Positions 56,799 to 64,000 of a stretch of 64,000 nt of DNA are shown here, in pieces. The stretch covers positions 17,934-81,933 of the forward strand of contig JAPLEB010000057.1 of assembly GCA_026391555.1 (NCBI GenBank). The letters are read 5' to 3'. The DNA is from Bacteroidia bacterium (GTDB lineage: Bacteria > Bacteroidota > Bacteroidia > Bacteroidales > VadinHA17). The notes under the pieces were generated by a model, which was not told the origin of the DNA, made no database searches, and saw nothing but the letters and a program-made list of their open reading frames with translations. The position numbers and the translations under genes were made by a program. Positions within the stretch are counted from its first letter, which is position 1; each line of letters begins with the position of its first letter.

Positions 56799-58157
56799 AT
56801 GAAACACATACAATTCAATAAATCTCTGATAGCAGTGAGTGTTTTTTCCGCGTTAAGTGGATTAAATAGCCATGGGTCAGAAGCTCATTCCGGAAAACCG
56901 AACATACTGTTTTTCTTTCCTGATCAGTTTCGATATGATTGGACAAGTATGAATCCAGTCATGCCAAACATAACGCCAAACCTTAAAGATCTGGCGCACA
57001 ACGGTGTATATTTTTCATCTGCAATTTGCCCTTCGCCTCTATGCGCCCCATCCAGAGCTTGTCTTGCATCCGGCAAACAATATGAAAGGTGTAGAGTACC
57101 GTCAAACGGAACTGCTTTTCCACTTGATGAAACAACTTTTTATAAATTATTGCGCGATTCTGCCGGGTATCATGTCCTGGGTTGTGGAAAGTTTGATCTT
57201 GATAAACCCGGGAATAATTGGGGAATTGATGGTAAACATCACAGGGAAGGGTTCCCATCTTTGCTTAATGTTTGGGGGTTTACCGATGGCATTGATAATG
57301 CAGGGAAAAGTGATGGGATTAATTCCAATAAAAATAATATTCCTGAACCTTATTACGCATATCTGAAAGACCATGGACTTACATTACAATCAATGACCGA
57401 TGAGGCTTATGCAGATAACTGGATAGCAAGAAATGGTCTTGAACTGCTCAGGGCGGTACCGGTCGGAGAACCCTGGTTCCTCCAGATAAATTTTAATGGA
57501 CCTCATTCTCCTTATGATCCCACACCGGCAATGTTGAAAGGCTGGGATACTGTTCATTTCCCTTCTGCCGTAGATAACACCAGGGATGTTAACGAACTCA
57601 GGCAGATGTATAGCGCTGAAATTTTTAATATTGATCGCTGGATAAAAGTATATCTTGACGAACTTCAAAGACGTGGTGAGCTCGATAATACAATCATTGT
57701 TTTCTGTTCCGATCATGGCGATATGCTTGGAGATCATGGGCTGGAAGGCAAGAGTAAACCATATCACCCTTCAGTTGGTGTTCCTTTAGTCATTTCAGGT
57801 CACGGTATTAAAAAAAACCTGATTAATACCAAACCAGTAACCACTCTTGATCTGACTGCTACATTTCTTGATTTTGCCAAGATAAAAGAGCCATCTGGCA
57901 TGGATTCAAAATCATTGAGATCTTACCTCGAAACCGGGAAAGGTTATAACCGTAAATATGTAACCTCTGCCCTGGGTGCCTGGAGAATGGTTTTTGACGG
58001 GAGATATAAACTTATTGATACTAAAAACGCACCAATAATTATTTATGATTTGGAAAAAGATCCTTCAGAAACAATAAACGTTGCTGCCGGCAACAGGGTC
58101 AACGCACGAAGAAATAAAAAACTGACAGACTATTTACAAATTAGTAAGGGTTATTAA
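56799..58157 (+). CDS. Sulfatase (formylglycine-dependent)
   Basis: A signal peptide, PNILFFFPDQ, the sulfatase signature C-A-P-S-R in SPLCAPSRACLASG, and FCSDHGDMLGDHG. Confidence 0.85.
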   Translation: MKHIQFNKSLIAVSVFSALSGLNSHGSEAHSGKPNILFFFPDQFRYDWTSMNPVMPNITPNLKDLAHNGVYFSSAICPSPLCAPSRACLASGKQYERCRVPSNGTAFPLDETTFYKLLRDSAGYHVLGCGKFDLDKPGNNWGIDGKHHREGFPSLLNVWGFTDGIDNAGKSDGINSNKNNIPEPYYAYLKDHGLTLQSMTDEAYADNWIARNGLELLRAVPVGEPWFLQINFNGPHSPYDPTPAMLKGWDTVHFPSAVDNTRDVNELRQMYSAEIFNIDRWIKVYLDELQRRGELDNTIIVFCSDHGDMLGDHGLEGKSKPYHPSVGVPLVISGHGIKKNLINTKPVTTLDLTATFLDFAKIKEPSGMDSKSLRSYLETGKGYNRKYVTSALGAWRMVFDGRYKLIDTKNAPIIIYDLEKDPSETINVAAGNRVNARRNKKLTDYLQISKGY

Positions 58158-58327
58158 CAGCTTTTTTATTATTTTTATTGCCTGGTGCTGCAATGTGGGT
58201 TAACTACAGGCGCTTAACTCCGGTCAGGGATTATCAATTTATCGGGCCGGAAGTGGATAAGGGCGCTGGTTTTTCCATCAAACCAGCATTTACATCTACC
58301 CGATTATTGCTTTATAAAACTAATTCC

Positions 58328-58335
58328 TAAATTTG
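58328..58335 (+). promoter_or_regulatory. Candidate -7 box (TAAATTTG) for the HD-domain gene
   Basis: Exact TAnnTTTG match 17 nt upstream of the GTG start at 58353. Confidence 0.3.
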
Positions 58336-58352
58336 TAGCTAAAAATCTTCAG

Positions 58353-59606
58353 GTGGTTTATCTGACAAATAAGCGAAAAATAATTAACGATCCTGTTCAT
58401 GGGTTTATCAGCATCCCCGGGGATTTCGTTTTTGACCTCATTGAACACCCCTGGTTCCAGAGATTAAGAAATATCAAACAATTGGGATTGACAAGTTTTG
58501 TTTATCCCGGAGCAAATCACAGCAGGTTTCAGCATGGTCTGGGAGCTTTGCATCTGATGGATATGGCCATAAGTACCCTCAGAAGCAAGGGTGTCGTGAT
58601 TTCACCGATGGAGGAAGAAGCCACCTTTATTGCAATCCTGCTTCATGATATCGGGCATGGTCCCTTTTCTCATGCTCTTGAAAACTCTATAATTAACGGG
58701 ATCACTCATGAAGATATTTCTCTTCTCCTCCTGAGAAAGCTTAATGAGACCTATTGCGGAAAACTTGATCTTGCAATTGAAATATTCAGAGGAGCCTATC
58801 CGAGAAAATTTTTACATGAACTGATTTCCGGCCAGATGGATATGGACAGACTGGATTACCTGCGCAGGGATAGCTTTTTTACTGGTGTTATTGAGGGATC
58901 AGTCGGGTCTGAAAGGATTATCAGGATGCTTAATGTTGTGGATGACAGTCTTGTTATTGATGAAAAAGGGATTTATTCACTTGAGAAATTCCTGATAGCA
59001 CGGCGGCTGATGTACTGGCAGGTTTATATGCATAAGACGGTACTTTCATCCGAAAGTCTGCTTGTTAAAATACTTAAAAGAGCGAAAGTCCTTGCCATTG
59101 AAGGCAGTGACCTGTATGCAACTCCTGCTCTCAGATTCTTTCTTTACAATAAGATATGTCATGCCGATCTTACCAACGACGGTAACTTTACCCCTGGCCT
59201 GATTGCTGCAAATTTTACAAGACTCGACGATACTGATATCCTGGTTTCTGCCAAATACTGGGCCGATCATTCCGATAAAGTTCTTTCAGATTTGTCTGGC
59301 AGGTTATTACGCAGGGATCTTCTTGCTATTGAGTTGCAGAATGACCCGTTTCTTGAAAAAAGGTTAAAGGAACTCAGAACTTTGGCAGGAGATTTGATGA
59401 AGATTAGCCCGGAATTTGAAGAGTATTATGTTTTTACCAATAGTATCTCAAATCTGCCATATACACCAGATGCTCCTGAAGTGAAAATATTGCTCAAGAA
59501 TGGAAAAACAGCTGATATTTCAACTGTTTCAGATATGTTTAACCACAGATTCCTTTCAGAGAGAATAACAAAATACTTCCTTTGCTATCCAAAAGAATGT
59601 CGATAA
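58353..59606 (+). CDS. HD-domain phosphohydrolase (dNTP triphosphohydrolase/SAMHD1-like, COG1078-type)
   Basis: NDPVHGFI, RLRNIKQLG, RFQHGLG, LLHDIGHGPFSH and DRLDYLRRD. Confidence 0.8.
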   Translation: MVYLTNKRKIINDPVHGFISIPGDFVFDLIEHPWFQRLRNIKQLGLTSFVYPGANHSRFQHGLGALHLMDMAISTLRSKGVVISPMEEEATFIAILLHDIGHGPFSHALENSIINGITHEDISLLLLRKLNETYCGKLDLAIEIFRGAYPRKFLHELISGQMDMDRLDYLRRDSFFTGVIEGSVGSERIIRMLNVVDDSLVIDEKGIYSLEKFLIARRLMYWQVYMHKTVLSSESLLVKILKRAKVLAIEGSDLYATPALRFFLYNKICHADLTNDGNFTPGLIAANFTRLDDTDILVSAKYWADHSDKVLSDLSGRLLRRDLLAIELQNDPFLEKRLKELRTLAGDLMKISPEFEEYYVFTNSISNLPYTPDAPEVKILLKNGKTADISTVSDMFNHRFLSERITKYFLCYPKECR

Positions 59607-59622
59607 CTAACAAATAATTATC

Positions 59623-60660
59623 ATGGAATTTACTGCCGCAACAATAGCCGGATTTTTAAAAGGCGAAATAGAAGGCAACCCCGATATTAAAGTCAATACA
59701 GTTGCCAAAATTGAGGAGGGTCAGGAAGGAGCGCTTTCATTCCTTGCAAATCCAAAATACGAGCATTACATCTATTCAACCGCTTCTTCCATAGTATTGG
59801 TGGATAAGAGTTTTGTGCCTTCAGGAAAGATAAGAGCAACACTGATCAGAGTTGAAAATGCTTATGAGGCATTTGCTTCCCTTCTTCGTCTCGTCGATCA
59901 GTCACGGGCAAGGAAAAAAGGAATTCATTCCACCGCAATTATTGAAACTACGGCAAAAATTGGTTCTGATGTCTACATCGGGCCATATTCCTATATCGGT
60001 GAGAATTGCATTATCGGAGATGGCTGCTCTGTTTATCCGCATGTTTATATTGGAGATAACACCAAACTGGGAAAAAATTGTACTATTAACCCGGGTGTAA
60101 AGATCTATCATGATTGTCTTGTTGGCCAAGGTTGTATTATACATGCCGGAACAGTAATCGGGAGCGATGGATTCGGGTTTGCTCCCCAATCGGAAAGCGA
60201 ATACACGAAGATACCCCAGTTAGGGAATGTTATCCTCGAGGACCATGTTGAGATTGGAGCTAATGTTACAATCGACAGGGCAACAATGGGTTCGACAATA
60301 ATCCGTAAAGGTGTTAAACTGGATAATCTCATTCAGATCGGACATAATGTTGAGGTGGGAGAGAACACTGTTATGGCTGCACAGACAGGTATTGCAGGAT
60401 CAACAAAGATCGGGAAGAACTGTATGTTTGGCGGACAGGTTGGTGTCGCAGGCCATGTTAAAATTGCAAATGGAACAAAAGTTGGAGCACAGGCTGGTAT
60501 TATTGGAGAAGTCAAAGCAGAAAACACTATTATTATCGGTTCCCCGGCAATCGATTATAAACAATTTCTAAAATCTTCAGTGATTTTTAAAATTTTGCCA
60601 GACATGAAGATAAAAATTGACACACTGGAAAAAGAGGTAGATTCCCTGAAAAGGAAGTAG
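59623..60660 (+). CDS. lpxD: UDP-3-O-acylglucosamine N-acyltransferase
   Basis: Left-handed beta-helix hexapeptide repeats, with LpxD-type N- and C-terminal domains. 345 aa. Confidence 0.93.
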   Translation: MEFTAATIAGFLKGEIEGNPDIKVNTVAKIEEGQEGALSFLANPKYEHYIYSTASSIVLVDKSFVPSGKIRATLIRVENAYEAFASLLRLVDQSRARKKGIHSTAIIETTAKIGSDVYIGPYSYIGENCIIGDGCSVYPHVYIGDNTKLGKNCTINPGVKIYHDCLVGQGCIIHAGTVIGSDGFGFAPQSESEYTKIPQLGNVILEDHVEIGANVTIDRATMGSTIIRKGVKLDNLIQIGHNVEVGENTVMAAQTGIAGSTKIGKNCMFGGQVGVAGHVKIANGTKVGAQAGIIGEVKAENTIIIGSPAIDYKQFLKSSVIFKILPDMKIKIDTLEKEVDSLKRK

Positions 60661-60780
60661 TTTTACGTAACGTTCGGGGCTGAATATGTTGTATTGAATT
60701 TAGTTATAAGATAATTTTCCGGATTATTCGAAATATTTTTCTTTTTTTTGTACCCGGATCTAATTTAATTTTTGATTCTG

Positions 60781-62175
60781 ATGAGTGAAAAACAAAGGAC
60801 ACTTGCAAAGGAAATAAGCCTTACCGGAAAAGGGTTGCATACGGGAATCATTGTAACAATTACATTTAAACCGGCTCCGGTAAATCATGGATATAAATTT
60901 TGCAGAGTGGACCTTCCGGGGAAACCTGTTATTGATGCACTGGCTGAACATGTTACGGACACATCAAGAGGAACAACCCTGGCGCAAAACAATGCTTCTG
61001 TATCAACTATCGAACATGTTTTGGCTGCATTCCATGGTTTACGTGTCGATAATGCCCTGATTGAATTAAATGGACCCGAAGCTCCGATCATGGGTGGATC
61101 TTCATGGAAATTTGTTGAAGCAATTAAAGAAGCAGGTATCGTTGATCAGAAGGAAGATAGAAATTATTTTGTTGTTAAACAGAAGATCACTTTCTCTGAT
61201 GAAGAACATGGTGTCGATTTGATGGTATATCCCGACGATCATTTTAGCGCTAATGTTCTTATTGATTATAACTCCAAAATATTAGGGAACCAATATTCTA
61301 TTCTTGATAATATTAATGACTTTGAAGAGAAGATATGTAAAAGCCGGACATTTGTATTCTTTCATGAACTGGAACCTCTTTTTAATCAGGGATTAATTAA
61401 GGGAGGTGACCTTGATAATGCAATTGTAATACTCGAAAAAGAAGTTGAACAGTCTGAAATAGATCGTATTGCAAAGCTCTTTAACCGGCCCGGGATAAGC
61501 ACACATACGGCAGGGATCCTTAATAATACCGAATTACGCTATCCAAATGAGCCGGCCCGTCATAAACTGCTCGATATTATGGGCGACCTGGCACTGGTTG
61601 GTCACCCCATAAAAGGCAAGGTTGTGGCTACACGTCCCGGCCATTATGCAAATACCCGATTGGCTAAGCTCATGAGGCAAGAGATGAAAAAATCTCTTTC
61701 AAAACGTGATATTCCGGTTTATGATGCTTCACAACCTCCGGTCTTTACGGTTGAAGAGATTAAGAAGCGTCTGCCACACAGGTTTCCTTTTTTGCTTGTT
61801 GATAAAATAATTTCTCTCGATGAATCCTCAATTGTAGGTATCAAAAATGTCACATTTAATGAATCATTTTTCCAGGGTCATTTCCCGGATGAGCCTATCA
61901 TGCCGGGAGTCCTGCTGGTTGAAGCCCTGGCACAGACAGGCGGCTTGCTTGTTCTTAGTACCGTTGAAGAACCTGAAAAATATTCGACCTATTTTCTTAA
62001 AATTGACAAACTTAAATTCAAACATAAAGTTGTTCCGGGAGATACTGTGATTCTTAAAATGGAGTTAACTGATGTAATCCGCAGAGGAATTGTTACAATG
62101 TTTGGCCAGGCATTTGTCGGAAACAAACTTGCTTTAGAAGGAGAAATGACCGCTCAAATAATAAAAAATAAATAA
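60781..62175 (+). CDS. lpxC/fabZ: Bifunctional UDP-3-O-acyl-GlcNAc deacetylase / 3-hydroxyacyl-ACP dehydratase
   Basis: The LpxC N-half carries GKGLHTG, TIEHVLAA and HKLLDIMGDL. The FabZ C-half carries LPHRFPFLLVD and FFQGHFP..PIMPGVL. This fusion is typical of Bacteroidota. Confidence 0.95.
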   Translation: MSEKQRTLAKEISLTGKGLHTGIIVTITFKPAPVNHGYKFCRVDLPGKPVIDALAEHVTDTSRGTTLAQNNASVSTIEHVLAAFHGLRVDNALIELNGPEAPIMGGSSWKFVEAIKEAGIVDQKEDRNYFVVKQKITFSDEEHGVDLMVYPDDHFSANVLIDYNSKILGNQYSILDNINDFEEKICKSRTFVFFHELEPLFNQGLIKGGDLDNAIVILEKEVEQSEIDRIAKLFNRPGISTHTAGILNNTELRYPNEPARHKLLDIMGDLALVGHPIKGKVVATRPGHYANTRLAKLMRQEMKKSLSKRDIPVYDASQPPVFTVEEIKKRLPHRFPFLLVDKIISLDESSIVGIKNVTFNESFFQGHFPDEPIMPGVLLVEALAQTGGLLVLSTVEEPEKYSTYFLKIDKLKFKHKVVPGDTVILKMELTDVIRRGIVTMFGQAFVGNKLALEGEMTAQIIKNK

Positions 62176-62182
62176 ATGATTT

Positions 62183-62956
62183 ATGATCTCAAATTTAGCC
62201 TTTATCCATCCCGATGCCAGAATAGGTAAAGATGTTATTATTGAGCCTTTTGCCTATATTGCAGGGAATGTTGTAATTGGTGACGGAACATGGGTTGGCC
62301 CCAATTCAACAATCATGGATGGCTCCAGAATCGGGAATAAATGCAGAATATTCCCTTCTGCAGTCGTTTCAGGTATCCCTCAGGATCTTAAGTTCAGAGG
62401 GGAGGAAACAACCGTTGAAATCGGGGATAACACAACCATTAGAGAAGGCGTTACGGTTAACAGGGGTACTTCTGCTGTTGGTAAGACAGTTGTAGGAAAC
62501 GGTTGTCTTTTAATGGCTTATTCGCATATTGGTCACGATTGCACTATTGGTCACAATTGTATTATCGGGAATACCACCGGCCTGGCCGGTGAAGTGAAAG
62601 TTGACGATTGGGCTATTCTCAGTGGAGGTACCATGGTTCACCAGTTCACGCATATCGGAGCTCATGTAATGATAGGTGGCGGCGCAAAAGTGAGAATAGA
62701 CGTTCCTCCATTTATCAAAGCGGACCGCGACCCACTATCTTACCTGGGATTAAATTCAGTCGGTCTTACAAGGCGTGGGTTCGAAAAGGAACGGATTGAC
62801 GAGATTCACAATATATACAGAGTTATTTATCAAAACGGTTTGAATATTTCACAGGCTCTTGATAATGTGGAAAAGAAGTTTAAACAATCACCTGACAGGG
62901 ATTATATTCTTGAATTCATAAGAAAATCAGAAAGGGGAATCATAAGGGCCAGGTAA
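62183..62956 (+). CDS. lpxA: Acyl-ACP--UDP-GlcNAc O-acyltransferase
   Basis: Hexapeptide repeats plus a C-terminal helical domain (GLNSVGLTRRGF). 257 aa. Confidence 0.95.
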   Translation: MISNLAFIHPDARIGKDVIIEPFAYIAGNVVIGDGTWVGPNSTIMDGSRIGNKCRIFPSAVVSGIPQDLKFRGEETTVEIGDNTTIREGVTVNRGTSAVGKTVVGNGCLLMAYSHIGHDCTIGHNCIIGNTTGLAGEVKVDDWAILSGGTMVHQFTHIGAHVMIGGGAKVRIDVPPFIKADRDPLSYLGLNSVGLTRRGFEKERIDEIHNIYRVIYQNGLNISQALDNVEKKFKQSPDRDYILEFIRKSERGIIRAR

Positions 62957-63000
62957 GTCCTTTTTTTGATCTTTCAATGGTATTAATTTCTTATTAGTTT

Positions 63001-63717
63001 TTAAAACCTACCGAAAATAGAATATTTTTCTGTATTACAGAAAATAGATGAATAGAGAAAAAATCCTGGAATATTAGTCTCCATTTTTCTTTCAAGGTGA
63101 AGCACCGGCTGATCTTTCTTCAGATTCAGAAACCGGCTGATCTTCGTGGAAGCCCTGATAGCTTTGATCCTTTGATCACCTCCTTTGATCTCGATACGGT
63201 AATGCTCTCTCAATATCCGGAAAAGAGATCTGTTTTCAAACTGCCTTGCTGTGATCCGTGGAAGGTTAATATTAGCTATATAACTGATATCGTAGAAGAT
63301 GGGGACATCCTCGAGAAGCCTGACCCTTTCCATGTAAATACACCCCGACTCCTTTTCCAACTCCGAAAGTTGAAACATAAAATCGCGTGGCCATGGCATC
63401 AGTACAGGTTTCACAATGATCTTTGTTTTCAGGTTACGGTCCCCTACTGCCGATGTTGTCCCCGAAACCGACAGGATTCCTATCTCCCTTGGTAAGTGAT
63501 GAACAATACTGCCTTTCCCCTGGTGCTTCCTGATATATCCGTCATTAGCCAGAGTGCTGAGCGATTGCCGTACAGTTGGACGTGTCATGCCAAATAACTG
63601 GCACAACTCATTTTCAGACGGCAGAAGATCACCCTCCTTATAAACACCATCTGAAATGTGTTTTCTGAGAACCTCATAAAGCCTCCGGTGCTGAGGTATG
63701 GATTTCTGGGGAGACAT
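63001..63717 (-). CDS. GntR-family transcriptional regulator, HutC subfamily (UTRA effector domain)
   Basis: An N-terminal wHTH (LPSENELCQLFGMTRPTVRQSLSTLANDGYIRKHQGKG) and a C-terminal UTRA-like domain. Confidence 0.85.
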   Translation of the reverse strand: MSPQKSIPQHRRLYEVLRKHISDGVYKEGDLLPSENELCQLFGMTRPTVRQSLSTLANDGYIRKHQGKGSIVHHLPREIGILSVSGTTSAVGDRNLKTKIIVKPVLMPWPRDFMFQLSELEKESGCIYMERVRLLEDVPIFYDISYIANINLPRITARQFENRSLFRILREHYRIEIKGGDQRIKAIRASTKISRFLNLKKDQPVLHLERKMETNIPGFFLYSSIFCNTEKYSIFGRF

Positions 63718-63780
63718 AATTAAGAAAGTAAGTAGTAAGTAGTAAAAGTTTTAAATTAATTGTAAAAATAATATATTTTA

Positions 63781-63794
63781 CTTGTAAATACAAG
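63781..63794. promoter_or_regulatory. 14-bp palindrome CTTGTAAATACAAG (candidate GntR/HutC operator)
   Basis: Perfect 6-bp arms with a 2-bp spacer and a GT..AC core, in the divergent intergenic region. It overlaps the putative -33 element of the downstream + strand gene. Confidence 0.4.
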
Positions 63795-63804
63795 TTAAAT
63801 GATA

Positions 63805-63812
63805 TATTTTTG
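63805..63812 (+). promoter_or_regulatory. Candidate -7 box (TATTTTTG)
   Basis: Exact TAnnTTTG match. A CTTG lies 20 nt upstream. It would give a ~140-nt leader for the gene starting at 63960. Confidence 0.3.
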
Positions 63813-63881
63813 TATCCGTCATATTTACTATGCCAGATGAAAAAATTAAAATGATTTGATACTACTTATTTTAACAAGTTG

Positions 63882-63927
63882 GAAGTCAGAAGCTGAAAGC
63901 CTGTAGAAGAATCATTCTTCTGACTTC
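63882..63927 (+). other. Leader hairpin: perfect 11-bp inverted repeat
   Basis: gaagtcagaag (63882-63892) and cttctgacttc (63917-63927). A nested palindrome agaagaat-c-attcttct lies at 63905-63921. Confidence 0.6.
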
Positions 63928-63959
63928 AGACGATATATAATAACTAACAATATTTAAAA

Positions 63960-64000
63960 ATGGCAACAGCAGTAATAATGCCAAAACAGGGTCAGTCGGT
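63960..64000 (+). CDS. 5' end of a probable 2-oxoacid dehydrogenase E2 (lipoyl-domain) gene, truncated by the window
   Basis: MATAVIMPKQGQSV resembles lipoyl-domain N-termini (..I.MPK.G....EG). Only 13 codons are visible. Confidence 0.35.
   Translation, partial: MATAVIMPKQGQS

Noticed and set aside
1-64000. CRISPR arrays, rRNA genes, and riboswitches upstream of purH, lysS, thyA/folA and lipA.
   Set aside because: I saw no regularly spaced direct repeats and no rRNA-like conserved blocks. The relevant leaders are too short (mostly under 30 nt) to hold known riboswitch folds. This is a by-eye judgement, and cmscan would be decisive.

Overview
AT-rich (roughly high-30s % GC by eye) chromosomal segment with clear Bacteroidota hallmarks: an lpxC-fabZ fusion in an lpxD/lpxC-fabZ/lpxA cluster, a long LysRS, TAnnTTTG-type -7 boxes close to start codons, and few Shine-Dalgarno sites. 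About 88% of the window is ordinary housekeeping sequence. This includes thyA-folA, tig-clpP-clpX, tRNA-Leu(TAG), lptB, tatC, recQ, carB, argR-argG-argH, carA, rsmA, purH-mreBCD-mrdA-rodA, pgi, lysS, lipA-lipB, recJ and the lpx genes. The one clearly accessory stretch is 16.3-23.8 kb. There, four tightly packed same-strand genes sit between argH and carA: an AbiEi-like wHTH protein, an AbiEii nucleotidyltransferase toxin, a 1036-aa single-polypeptide HsdM-HsdS fusion with two full TRDs, and a short EcoEI-type HsdR. I think this TA-led type I R-M operon with the covalent M-S fusion is the most interesting object here, but I cannot verify its novelty without database searches. Other points worth a second look: (1) two 18-bp ARG-box-like repeats in 21-bp phase over the argR promoter and start codon; (2) a ~670-codon HhH + beta-barrel outer-membrane gene split by a single in-frame TGA; (3) a 1037-aa TerB-like/ABC-G-type fusion transporter preceded by a strong terminator; (4) a palindromic candidate operator and a leader hairpin next to a GntR regulator; (5) a C10 homopolymer and a 15-bp inverted repeat at the left edge of the defence operon. 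I saw no rRNA, CRISPR array, transposase or integrase.
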